DNA of 64,000 bases from Marsupella aquatica. Its lineage: Eukaryota > Plantae > Marchantiophyta. This document shows, in pieces, positions 12,090-25,300 of this stretch. The notes beneath the pieces are model-generated. The model ran no database searches and was not told where the DNA came from. It was given only the letters and a program-made list of their open reading frames with translations. Numbering within the stretch: position 1 is the first letter of the stretch; every line of letters starts with the position of its first letter. The stretch is from NCBI GenBank assembly GCA_973895155.1, contig OZ316897.1, positions 14,693,375-14,757,374 on the forward strand. Direction: 5' to 3'. A program made the position numbers and the translations under genes.

Positions 12090-15000
12090 TGCAAAACCGA
12101 TGTTTGTAACATATTTCCCCTTCGCCTGTTCTCCACTTCTGCAGCTACATTTATGCCTCTTATTTTTATAGGACGATGTGTTACTCGGATACCAAGGGCA
12201 TAGTTTTCTGGCCCCTTTCCCTCTGGAGGATTTCAGAATCAAATCACCTTTTAGGAAGACGAGATAACAGAAATATGTCATTTTGGGGTCGTACTAAAAT
12301 AATTCTTTGAAGTGTTCCGGGGGGCTCCCCACTGTCATTTAGGCATGTCTTAAGAGTGTACATGGTCATTTAATTCTTTACAGAGTCGTTACAGCCCTTG
12401 TACATCTTAATGTGCTCTTCTCTATTCCTCGGACATTTTCGGGACTGCTAAGTATGGCAATACTTTGCAAAGTGGCAAGCAGCTGCCGACGTTTTCTTTC
12501 CTTTGCTAGGCTACTCTGACACGTGAATTGTGAATGGTCCCTAGATTCCTCGTCTGCCAATATCTTTTGTTCTGTGTATTTGGCACCGGCAACCGTAGAA
12601 GACATCGTTTGAAACTGACGCTGCAATTATTTATCATCAATAGTATGCTTTTCTTGCAGTCGTTACCTTTAAACATTTGACGGACCAAGATCGTGCTTTA
12701 TTACCGCTTTTGACCTGAATTTTGATAGAAACATAGTAACAGGCGGATGTTGTTCACTCAAAGGCAAAAACGATCCTCTGAATCTTCCGTATGCAGGCAA
12801 GATCTTCACGTTAGACCATAGGTGGAGTGTTGATATTATGCGGTTGTTTGCCTAGGACAGATCTGATTCGCAGGTTTGAGCCAAGGGCATTAGCTGGCTG
12901 CCTCTCTAGTGTAACGTTTGCTTTGAAGTAAAGACGAGCCCTTGTGGTCCTAAGTAGAGTGTGGGTAGCAAAAAATGACACCAGGCGATTGCTTATCATG
13001 CGAGTGCAAATACCAAATGCAATCTGTGCCTAGTTGGAATCGAGTGTGATACAATGAAGGGTAGTCATGGGGCATCAGGCGGAATTCGTGCCGAGGAGAT
13101 TATAATTTTGAATAGCCAGGAGCACATTACTGATGCACTGGTAATTCATGTAGCTGAAGAGGGTCCTTGTGGAGTTGTTGTGGTGATCCAGTCAAGTCTT
13201 TTTACAGTTCATACCCGTAAAGATGGAAGTCTTTTTACAGTTTATACCCGTAAAGATGGAAAGCATTCAAGGAATATTCTTCTATTTGGCAGGTATTTTC
13301 TTATTAGCATCTACCCGTAGTCTGGCAAATCTGCTCAGACAATTGGATAGTATCTGGTTAATGATGCTATTGCTGAGCCTGTGAAAAGATGAAGTGCCCA
13401 ATGCTTTCAGACGAGTTTGTGAAGGCCTTCATTGGCACCTTCGCTGAAACAGAGCAGGAAGATGAGGATGGGAAGCAAATCTCTTGTCCCATCTCTCCTC
13501 AACGAAATATTTTACAAACTGTAAGTTTGAAAGCATGCAAAAGCATGGGTGAACTGGCCCGTGTGTAAGAGTTAACATCTGCGTTCCACAGGAAACCATA
13601 AAAGTATGGGTGACCTCAAATTTAAAACGATACGCGTACAAACTTCGAAGGTCGAGGTTGACAAATATCTTTCCTAAGTGAATGAACGAAAACTTTAAGT
13701 TGTACAAACCGAGCAAACAATCAACCATCAGTATATGTTACACTGACAAAAAATGCAGAGACCATCAAGTCTCTGAACTAAATGGATTATCAGTTCAATC
13801 AATTGCGGTTTGATTTTGTGCCAGTGGACCGCTTGTAAACATTGGGACAAATCAACTACTGAGCAATTCATGGCTTTGTCTAAATCACACTTCTATCGCT
13901 CCAGAATATATGAATGGAAGTCGCTGTTTCTTGGCTTGATGGCTGAGCCAGGGAGAACGATGAGAATGAGAACCATGTAACATGTCCCTCTTTGACGGGG
14001 TTGTAAGATTAACTTGCTGTCCTTTTTTTAGTGTCTATTGGTACTTTCGAAACGATGTGTAATATTGTTCACTGACCACAGTTGAGAATTTTACTTTTCT
14101 GATTCAGATCAAATGTGTGAAGTACTTCGGAGAGAGACAATCAGAAATCATTATGCGCTTTCTCAGATCATACTCAACTTGGAACTTGAAATCTATTTGT
14201 CTACATGTTGTTCAACTGTACATTCAAACTGACTTAAAAAATCTCAGAACTCTACATCTTGAGTAGACTCTACAATCAAAACTATCAGTCTATGTTTACA
14301 TGCAGCACAAGCTCAGAGACCATTGAGTCTCTGAAATAATGCAAAAAATTGTACATCAGACTTGATGTCGTTCGCAGTAGACCATTCACGAACATTGGGA
14401 CAGCCTTGTCATTTGGTTTTCACATTTGCAGGAGCGTCTGTTGTGGGTGACTTCCCAATTTCTTGTGTCTTTCTCTGACTGTCAGAAGGAGTTTGCTCCT
14501 GTACCTGTACAACCTCTACTCTGGCCATTGACTTTACTATAGTGCCTTCCTTCTTGCTGACTTGAAGTCCTTTGAAACGAACTATGTTGTCAATGGTGCT
14601 CCGATCGGCTCCGAATCCAATGTAGTGCCACATGATGTGTTACTTCTGCAGCCAAACAGGAACCAGGACAGCAAAATGTCAGGGTCACTTCGATCGTCAG
14701 AATTTAAACAAGCGAAGGCCAAAGACAAGGGGCGAGCTCTGGTCTGCTTGTATAGAATTGTCATTAGTCTTTAGACGTGCATCGATCAATATCTTGTATC
14801 CAAACAAGTCCTCTTGTCTTGAAAGAAGTTTCTGAGCGATAACATACCAACAAAAGAACTGCAACGGACAAGCAAGGTCTTTTTGTAGCTAACCCCGAAG
14901 AGAGATAGCATTCCGAAACAGATAAATCTAACTGACAATTCCAGTCGGCTATTTCTTTGTCTACCTGCAAACCCACTCTTCGGGATTTGAAGAAAAGTTC

Positions 15001-15799
15001 CGAAGATGGGCGCCCAAAATCAAGGTCCGGATACCCAACGAACAACCAATCATTCAATAGTGCACCGAGATGCGCCAACGGAAGTACAGGAAGGTCGGTC
15101 TTATTACTCGAAAAACAAGTTCATACACGACCGCAACAACAATAACAGCACTCATACAATTGAAGTCAAACAGAAAATTTCATGTCATATACGACTGCAA
15201 CAGCGGTAACAGCAATCAGTCAACGACCTATTGCTCGAAACCGTTGAACTAAACGAAAGGTTTATTCCAAGAAAAGTTTTACACACGACGCGATAACAAG
15301 AGCGGAAAGGCCACCAGTCATGCAGAATTGCTAGAAACTTAAGGAAGGTAGACAGCAAGCATGAACAGCGGTCAAGCATCTGCTCCAGATAATCCATTGA
15401 AATAGCGTGACAAAACTTAATGAACGCGATGAGAAGGTTTAAAAAATGCACCTGACACCTTCAGAAGCACGCGATCCAACCAAAAAACCCTCTTCACGCA
15501 CTTCACGATGAAGACGTCACTCAACTCCGATTACAACTAGCTCAGCCTGCCCTTCTGGCGACCAACAAATTCGCTCAATGTATTCCAGAGCTACCCAAAT
15601 CAAATTGATCAGCAGGTTTTATCCCCTCCGCACTGAAAATGGCCGAGAGACTTCTTCCTGTTGCTGCTGGTCTTCCGACGGCCACAATCACTTTTTCGAA
15701 CAAAGGTCCAAAGATGCAACGAAATTGTGTCTTCCGCGCGCTCAGTCCCGTTCCTGTTGCCACTGCCGTAATTTCGTTCCACTGTGCTCATAAATTCCC

Positions 15800-16053
15800 T
15801 TCAGCAGCTCGCCCAAGGCATTTGCAATAAGCCCAATCAAATAATCAATCACTCAATATAGCTGGGCGAGGAGACTGCTGTCTGCAGCATCATTCAAATC
15901 AACAGTGGGACACAGAGAGCGAGACCAGGCACTCTCGAGTCACCAATCACTCCTATCGACGCTTCAGCAGGTCGTCGAAGGAAATTTGCACTAAGCCAAA
16001 TCAAATAATCAATCAATCAATTGAGCTGGGCCTCCGATTACAGTAGAAAGGTC

Positions 16054-16111
<58 letters not shown>

Positions 16112-16199
16112 CAGCAGGTCGTCGAAGGAATTTACAATAGATTCATAATCAAAATCAAACAATTCCAGTAGGAGAGGCGAGAGCTGTCTGCAGCATCAC

Positions 16200-16285
<86 letters not shown>

Positions 16286-16660
16286 CAGCAGGTCGTCGAA
16301 GGAATTTACAATAGATTCATAATCAAAATCAAACAATTCCAGTAGGAGAGGCGAGAGCTGTCTGCAGCATCACTCACAAGAGAGAGAGAGAGAGAGAGAG
16401 AGATTCAGCAGGTCGTCGAAGGAATTTACAATAGATTCATAATCAAAATCAAACAATTCCAGTAGGAGAGGCGAGAGCTGTCTGCAGCATCACTCACAAG
16501 AGAGAGAGAGAGAGAGAGACTCGTGTGACTCTCTTGTCAATCCTATCCACGCTTTGCAGGTCGTCGATCGAGAAAATTTACAATAGACAAATAATCAAAC
16601 AATCGAGCTGGGCCTCCGAGCACAGTAGGGAGGAGAGTGCTGTGCGCAGCATCATTGACC
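15800..16660. repeat. Tandem array of a 95-bp unit separated by variable (GA)n tracts, with degenerate flanking copies
   Basis: Identical units at 16110-16204, 16284-16378 and 16404-16498; GA tracts at 16057-16109, 16205-16283, 16379-16403 and 16499-16519; diverged units near 15800, 15962 and 16553. Confidence 0.95.
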
Positions 16661-17195
16661 AGAAACCTTGGGAGAGATAGAGAAAGAGATAGAGAAAGAC
16701 GGCAAGGTACTGTCGACCGAGCCGAGGAGGAGCAGCTCGATGAGGTGGCGTTGGCGAGGTTCGAACGCAAGACCGGGGTCCAATACTGTGACGACAGTAG
16801 TCGCTCTGGGCCCAGGGGGACCGGAGCGTTCGCTACTTTCCTTTCTTACCAAGTCTAGAGAGATCCACAGGACATCTGGAACGTTCTTTTTTTACCAAGT
16901 CTAGAGAGATACACAGCCAGATATGGAAGCTCGGAATGTTCTGTCCAGCGAACGTCTAATTATAGAGCAAAAAGATTTGATGGGCCACTCCAGGAAAAAC
17001 ACGGACGCTGCCCATATCCCCTCAACCCATGCACACCCCCTCCAACCAGAGCCCCTCTAGGCCTTGGAATGCTTCACTAGTAGGGAGTCTCAAAGTTGGG
17101 TTGTTATTGAAGGTTAGGGATTTGTGGTCCATCCGCTAACTCTAGTTACCTGACTTAGTTAATAACTTGGAATGTTCTGTCCAGCGAAAGTCTAA

Positions 17196-18958
17196 TCTAC
17201 TACTATAATAACAAATCCCGCCAGTTTTAGTCTTTCGTCCTGTTACAAAAATGAAAAAAGAGGGAACAAAGCTAAGCCATCAGATATTTTATAGAATTAT
17301 TTATGGTTCTTGGATTGAGTGAGATGAGAACCTAAAATTGGCTATAAGTTATAGTACAAGATAGGTATATAAGTTATAGTACAAGGTAGATATAATATGT
17401 CATAGAGTACTTGCATGTGTTATTGTAGTTATTTTGTAGCTTGCCTGTAATACTTTTTGGCATGGAGCATTAAAGTGTAAGTATATTATTTTATGGTCTA
17501 TTAATTTAGAGTACATTTGGCATGGGACATGAAAGTGAAAAGATTTACTTGAGATAATGGTTTTGGTAGGGAGCGAGCACTAAGGGGAAGAGAGTAGGTT
17601 GACATTATATTATTTTGGCTTTTGCTCTTAAAAAGGAGATTTAACTCTTTGGAAGTTAGTTAATTTTTAGTTATCTTGCATGACCCCAATTTCTATTTTG
17701 CACAATGATATCTTTCACTCAACAAAAGTTTTTGTATAATAATATATTTTAACAATTATTATTTTCATTCAATGATTATCTTTTGCACCACTTATGATCT
17801 ATTTCTCAACATCTTTAACCAAACAACATCTATTATGCAACGCACGGGGATTGAAAGGATATCGAGAGAATGGTCATCTTTGCTAAACCCTAAAACACTA
17901 AACCTGAAACCGATAATATAACGTTGCTCCAATTTATAGTGGTCGCCATTCAAATGCATGGGCATTTCGGGTAAAAAAACAAAACAAAGAAAAAGACTCA
18001 CTCCTTCTTAGTTTCCTTGATTTTTTTATTTCATAACATCTTTCACAGAACGATAGCTTGGGTGAAACAACACCATTTTTCTTTTAACATCTTTTACTTC
18101 ACTATATCTTTGGCAAAATGACACCTTTTTCTTAATAACATTTTTCACAAAATGGCATGTTTGGCAAAACTACTTTTTTTAAGACATCTTTTTACTTTGT
18201 GACATCTTTCACTTAAGAACATCTTGGGCAACACGACATCTTATTTCTTAACAACATCTTTTGTGCAACGCACGGGTATTTTCCGTGAACTATGTCTTGG
18301 CCGACACAACGTTTTTTTCTCAACAACATCTTTGCCAACATGACAATTTTTTCTCAACGACATCTTGGCCGACACAATGTCTTTTTTCTCAACGACTTCT
18401 TGGCCGAAATGACATTTTTTTGCTCAATGATCTTTTGGCCAACACGACATCTTTTTTTCTCAACGTCTTCTTGGCTGACACGACATCTTTTTTTCTCAAT
18501 GACCTCTTGGGCAACAAGACATCTTTTTTCTCCACGACCTCTTGGTTGACACTACATATTTTCTTTCAACGACCTCTTGGCCAATACAACATCTTTTTTT
18601 CTCAACGATATCTTGACCAACACAACTACTTTTCTCTCAATGACCTCTTGGGCGACACAACATCTTTAATCTCAACGACCTCTTGGGTGACACGACATCG
18701 TTTCTCTCAATGACCTCTTGGGCAACACGACATCTTTTCTCTCCACAACCTCTTGGGCCACACGACATCTTTTCTCTCCACGACCTCCTAGGCAACACTA
18801 CATCTTTTTTCTCCACGACCTCTTGGCTGACACTACATCATTTTTTCTCAATGACATCTTGGCCGACACTACTTCTTTTGTGCAACGCACATCATTTTTT
18901 CTCAATGACATCTTGGCCGACACGAATTCGTCTGTGCAACGCATAGGTATTGAGCTAG
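17196..18958 (+). mobile_element. Non-autonomous Helitron, 1763 bp
   Basis: 5' end TCTACTACTATAATA; 3' hairpin CTGTGC-AAC-GCATAG then GTATTGAGCTAG. Inserted between A17195 and T18959 with no TSD. Empty site GTCTAA|TTATAGAG in the upstream tandem copy (~16954-16967). Confidence 0.92.
18040..18925. repeat. ~36-38-bp minisatellite inside the Helitron (TTTTTTCTCAAYGACMTCTTGGSCRACACGACATC), roughly 20 copies
   Basis: Directly visible; the overlapping ORFs are repetitive (SQRHLG / FFSTTSW), consistent with this. Confidence 0.9.
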
Positions 18959-21900
18959 TTATAGAGAAAAAAAACTTGATGGGCCACTCCAGGAAAAACA
19001 CGGAGGAGGCCCTTTCCTTTCAAAGGGACTTGCTGCCCATATCCCCTCAGCCCATGCACACCCCCTCCAACCAGAGCCCCTCTAGGCCTTGGAATGCTTC
19101 ACTAGTAGGGCGTCTCAAAGCTGGGTCGTTATTGAAGGTTATGGATTTGTGGTCCATCCTCTAACTCTGGTTACCTGACTTAGGTAATTAAAGAATCTAT
19201 GTTGTTCCCCTTCTTCTTTGCCCCCCATCAATGTTTGTGGTGTCCATTTCACTCTTTTTGGTTTTGTCCTTAATAGTTTTATCTTTATCTAGAGTTATTG
19301 TGCACTTCACTTTCAGTTTTGTAGGTAATAGTTTTTTCTTTAATATCTAGAGTTACTGTCTAGAGTCTTCACTCTAGAAGTTTAGAGCCCAACTCTGGCT
19401 TCTCTTTGCACTTTATAAGTAAGATGGGGAGTAAGATAACACACAAGGCAAGAGTTATGGCCTCACCTCTGTTTCATATCATATATAGAATTTCCCCTTC
19501 ATTCTCTATTAGGCACCACCTCAAATGTAGCATCCATCACCACATTAGCCAAAAAGACCACGTGCCTTTAGTCGTGGCTTTATGGAGTTCCAGATTTTTG
19601 GATTTGCGCCTAAGTTGCAGGAAAGTTACGGGTTAAGTGTTGAGCCCGCGGACTTTCCTTACGGTAGCCGAAGACCTGCTCCCACAACTTTTATGAGAGT
19701 TGCCGTAATGTTTGAGTTCCGGGAGGGCCTTATCTTGATAACTGCAGGCTTTCAGATGCCCTACTAGCCCATGCACATCCCTCCAACCCAACACCTCTAG
19801 CGGCTCCACTGTTGAGCATAGACGATATTCGTAACGGCAAGCCCATGAACCATCCAACGCACAATAGTCGACACAGAGAGATACGTGGTTCACCTCCACA
19901 TGAGGCTACGTCCACGGGAACATACAAGAGCTTTACTGCACTCTAGGCCGACCGGCCATACCAAGCATCCACAACACAAGCTCTCCCTATCTCTCAACTA
20001 GCTCCGTAACAATGAGCCTAAGTTTCACCAGGGTCTGGCATCAGCCCTGGCTATATACACAACAACACTACCGCTAACATTAGCTAAGTCCTAACCCGAG
20101 TTAGACTAACTGTGGTTAGCTCATGAATCACAAGACTAGAACAATATCTAACATCCACTAGCCCATGCACATCCCCCAACCCAGCCCCTCTAGCTCTTGC
20201 ACTGCTCCATTGTCAACCAGCCTGGTACCATGCAGCGCTGGTGTTCCTACCAGCCAAATTTGTTTTTCAGGTTTTTCCTTTTTTTTCCCCAAAAGTGACA
20301 TTTCCTTTTTTTCCCCAAAAGTGGTAAATGTCACCTATGTCAAGTAAATTCTAATAATATTCCTTATATAGCTTCCTTAGATTAATTTCTGACCATTAGA
20401 TGTTACTAAATTTAAACCACACCTGCCCATGTAATTAACATGGTGTCCTTCCCTGCCGGTCTACTATTCATTCCTGTCCGGAGTGAATAGTGGACCTGAC
20501 AATAAAAACCTGGAGCTCACCTGAACACTCTAACTTGCCCATACCATTCATACTGGAAATGAATGTGTACCCATAGCTCTTATATGTGCACTTGTGCGTT
20601 AAGGAGACCCCATTTGCCAGAATGTGAAGGTATCTGCCAGGGGGCTTTAAAGGCCCAACTTGCATGTTCTTGGCCCTTCATAATGCGGCCCTAAGTGTCT
20701 CAGATGCCAGCATATCACTGAACGAGATGTACCCGACTGAACCTCCTGATGCGCTAGGCCTAATGGCACCATCCATGCATTGCCAAAGGCAAGGGCCGGA
20801 AGCTTTCCAGCCGTTGCAAGTCCCAACCTTAGCCTTGTCAAAAAAACAAGAAAAACTGTACACTTGTTGCAAATTCTATCATTGTTGGGAAGTAAAAACA
20901 AGAAAAACTGTATACTTGTTGCAAATTCTGTCATTGTTGGGAAGTAGGGACCGAGATTTGTGTCAGATTATGCTATCAAGGAAGTGCTACTTTTTCTCGT
21001 AAGTAAGGGGAACTGCAAAGGGCCGCATGCTTGAGGGTTCTCACATGCACGAGTTGGCCCTGACATGCAAGTTGGCCCTGAGTCACAAGAAAGAGCCAGT
21101 TTTTTTGTCAACTTTCTCACTAGCCATAGTCATCCCGGGTTTGCAATTATGGAGTGTACGCTCAGAGACGAGACCACTGTTGGGTGTTGTGGATGAAAAA
21201 GACTCTCAGCTCTCTTTCTCATCGCACGCTTCTTCTCTGGACATTGGCGACGGGTGATTCTCGATGGGCCAGGAAACCAAAGCTCTCGCAAGACTGTAAT
21301 CGCCAATACTGTAGCTATGCAGGACGCCTTACCTTTCGCCGTGCCTGGAACCTTTTATCAATTGCCTCATAAGTACGGTAAAATGTTGGCAATTGTTTTT
21401 GAAGTTGGGGCTCTGTTGAGAGAGCTACCAGGTGAGTAGCTCCAATTGTACGTAACTTCTGATTTGGGAGCTCAGGGTTTCATTGTAGAATCTGCCCATA
21501 GCGTTAGATCCTCTTATACATTGCTTCAATTTACCAATCATTTGAGATGTCAGAATTTGTGCATTTCGATTGAATATTAAGTAAACACCTTCCAATGAGA
21601 ATGCTAGTGGGGCTACATGTGCTGCAATTGGAGACGAAGTTGGTAGCTAGGTCACACTCCATGTAACAGGTGTCAGTTTCTCTTTTAGGTTCATAGAGCT
21701 CGTCAGAAACTTAAAACTACAGTATTTCTGGTAGCTGGCAGGGAAGAGCATGTTGTCAACTGAAAATCGGGATTTTTCTACCGATCAGTACGACTGTCCT
21801 TAGATTGAGAGTCGTGTTTAGTAAGGGTTAACTGTCGTTCGATCTGATCAGCCTTGCAATGGATTTCTCTTCACTCTGTTCTCGTGATGTGCTCTACTGG

Positions 21901-22337
21901 TCTGTCATTGAGAACAGGAATCTGCTTTTCCTGAATGCATTGAGAATAGGAGCCGTAAGCTCGGATGGGATCCCCTTCTAGAATCTTTGAGCTTGGATGG
22001 GATATCAAAATGCTCCTTGTTTTCATAGCAAAACGTTTGGGACGGTGACCCTATTCAATCTTATAGCGAATAAAAGGAGTGGAATAAATATGAGTGGAAA
22101 AAGGAACGAATCCGAAATCAAAGTGAAATAACAGCGTGAAAGGATTCATCTAACATGAGATCTAACATAGTAAGAGCTATAGGAAGAACAAATTAAAGGA
22201 TGATGTAAGACTATTTTCACAGCGTTACAACGAATCTTCCTGGGATCTGATCTTGACACATTACAGCCACTTAGGCAACGTTCGCATAATTAATGAACAT
22301 TACAAATTAAAAATTTGTGTTCCTGTATTTCTTTCTT

Positions 22338-25300
22338 TTATGATGCCAAAAACTGGCACCCCATATGGAGCCAACCAGATGCTACAACGAACCAGATGCC
22401 TGCAGCAACGAAGAGGACCATCATTGGCACAAATAGTTGATCCATGTGGTCTCGTTTGGCTTGTTCCACCAAGTCCTCATGCTCTAACACACGCATCTTG
22501 AACTGTTTTTCTTTAAGCCGACTGAGGTTGTTGTTCAACTCCTGGCGGCATATTCTGTCCATTGGCCACCACTTCAGGACTCTGCTTAGCTTTCTGATTG
22601 CTTCATTGAACTCTTTGTTTTGAGAATGCTGCAAGGCTTTGTCTCGGTAACTGGTTCTCCGTGTCTCAAACATATCCTGCTGCTCAGGATACTCTTCAAA
22701 GAGTCTTCTTCTTACATTTAGGTCGTCCACAAGAATACCAAAGTCCTCCAAGTTTGAGTCATAGGGACACCTAACGAGGTCGCGATCTATGATCGTCCAT
22801 CGATCATATGTTCTGCCATCATTACACTTTACTGGGTCGCACATTCTGTCGTAGGTCAGTGGATCCATATCCCACCGATCTGGATCGATTGATTGCTCGA
22901 GGACATTCAGGATCCGCTCCAATTCTAGTTGGCATTCTAGGTCTTCTGGTGCCCACTTGAGAACACTGCTCAGCTTCTCCTTGGCATCTTCAAACTCTCC
23001 TTTAAGTGCATGTTGCAGGGCTTCCTCTCGATACTTCCGCCTTCGACCAAAACATTTCGCTTCCTGCTCTGGAAAAGCCTCAAATAGTCTTCCTCTGACA
23101 TGGAAGTCATCCTCTATAATTTCAAATGCTCTACTGCTATGAGCTGGGTCGTTTAGACGCCTCAAGATTGTCATGTTACGGTCTAAGACAGTCCATCGAT
23201 CATATGTCCTGTCATCAGGACATTTCACCGGGTCACACATTATGTCGTGGGTGAGTGGATCTAGGTATATTGGATCAGGATTGGATGCAGACGGATAGCT
23301 TTGCCTCGGTGATCTAGTCTGGAAACATATAAACCTTTCACTTCAGTATCTTGTCAGAGCCAAGAAAAATACTTATATGCTTTGAGTGACACAATATATT
23401 GTCTCTGGTTTGACACAGATAAATACTTTCTAGCTCAAGATATATCATATATGCATCGAGAAGGAATCAATCTGCACCTAATTATAATAGCGTGTTTGAA
23501 TAATTCTTATTGGCTAGATCAAAACGTTGCGTTTACTGAACAGTATTGGAACATTTTATGCCTACAACCAATATTGAACGTTTGGAAATGGCTCTGGCTG
23601 AAGACACCTACCCGGATGACGCTGGGCACTCTACCATTTTTAACGCCTGGATATCTGTCTGAAACTGAGGTAAGGCCCACATTTTCCAGACATCTGACTG
23701 CCTGCTCTTGTGCACTCAAGTCCACTGTGTTTGTGGCAGTCAGTCTCATCAAAGCATCACTTGCGCAAGATATAATCTTCACTCGATTGTCCTGAGATTC
23801 TGACAGTTTCGCTAAACACCTTAAAGTCTCCTCTTGCACATTTGGCATGAGGTTCTGGCTGAATAACGCTGCCAATGCCTGCAACAACCCAGGAGAAGAG
23901 GCAATCCTCACTTGATTATCTTGGTTATCTGCGAGATTCGTCAAGCACTTTGCAGTCTGTTCGAGCACACGGCTCGTGCTATCTTGCGTCAACAAGTTCC
24001 TCAACGCATCGAGCGCACCAGGGTATGAAACGATCTTCACTTGATTTTCTGGTGCAGATGCAAGGAGGGACAAGCATCTCGCCGTCTGTTCCAAAACATT
24101 GGAGTGCACGTCCTGTCCCAACAACCTCATCAACACATCAAGCACATCGGGGTGAGAAACAATCGGCACTTGCTTGTCGGTCACCAAGGCAAGACCCGCC
24201 ATGCAGCTAATAGTAGGCTGGAGCGTAATTGAGCCGGGACCCGTCTCAAGACTCGCCTTCAGAAGTTTCACAAGGACTTCGAGCACACCTTGGCGAGAGG
24301 CAATGAAAATTCTGGCTTGGTTCGTGCTTGTAAGCTTATTCAAGCACCAGGCTGCCACCTCTTGTCCCCTTGGATTCACGTCCTGTACCAACATTCTCAC
24401 AATGGCTGCAAGAGCACCGGGGTGAGTGACAATCTTCTCGTGATTGCCGAAGTCTGCAGCGAGATCTCTTATGCATTCCACTGCCAAATTCTGCACCCTG
24501 TGTCTAGTGTAGTTCCCCAAGCACCTTACTAAGGCGTCGAGTATACCAGGGTGAAACGTAAGCTTCGTTAAATTTTGATACACTGCTGCTAAGCTGAGCA
24601 AGCACGTTGCTGCCCCCTCTTGAACGGAAATTCTATCACTTGTTGCCCAATTGGTTTTCAACTTTCTTACTAATGTATCTAGTAGTCCTGGGTAGGATGC
24701 GATGTCTACCATTTTATGACTTGCAAGGTTGTTCAAGCATTTCATTGAGTACACCTGCACTTGGGGTATCTCCTTATCCCCCAGGAGGCTTACCAGAGCA
24801 CCAAGAATACCAGGGTGGGAGACAATCTTCACGTGGTTGTCTTGCAAGACTATAAGATTGTTGAAACAAGTCACCGCCTGTTTATGGACACTTGGGCTCC
24901 ACTTTTCTCCTGACAACCTCACCAGTGCATCAAGCGCGCCCGGGTAAGAGATGATGTTGACCTGATTTTGCCTTGACTCGGCAAGGTGAGTTAAGCACTT
25001 GGCTGTCTGCTCCAGCAATGCTACACTGCCGGCTCTGAGTAACAGGCTCACCAAAGCACCTATCATGCCCGGATGGGAAGCAATCGTCACTTGATTTTCG
25101 CTGGCAATTGCGAGCTGGCACAAGCATCTGGCTGTCTGCTCCAGCACAACTGGCTGTACCGAACCATGTTCTTGCAGCAATCTGAGCAACGAATGAAGCA
25201 CGCCCGGCAAGGAGGCAATCTCTACTCGGATTTCGTGAGTGACAGCGAGATTGGCCAAACACATCAAAGTCAGTGGAGGAATCTTCGGATTCCACTGCTC

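Larger units (their letters stand above)
16933..19183. repeat. ~236-bp tandem duplication; second copy split by a Helitron
   Basis: Copy 1 is 16933-17168. Copy 2 is 17169-17195 plus 18959-19183 (GGAATGTTCTGTCCAGCGAA..GTCTAA|TTATAGAG..GATGGGCCACTCCAGG..TTACCTGACTTAG). Confidence 0.9.

Noticed and set aside
18261-19164. ORFs of 67-150 aa
   Set aside because: They are mostly translations of the 37-bp minisatellite.
16960-19183. ~200-bp direct repeats flanking 1.8 kb read as LTRs
   Set aside because: Fully explained by a tandem duplication with a Helitron inserted at A|T in the second copy.
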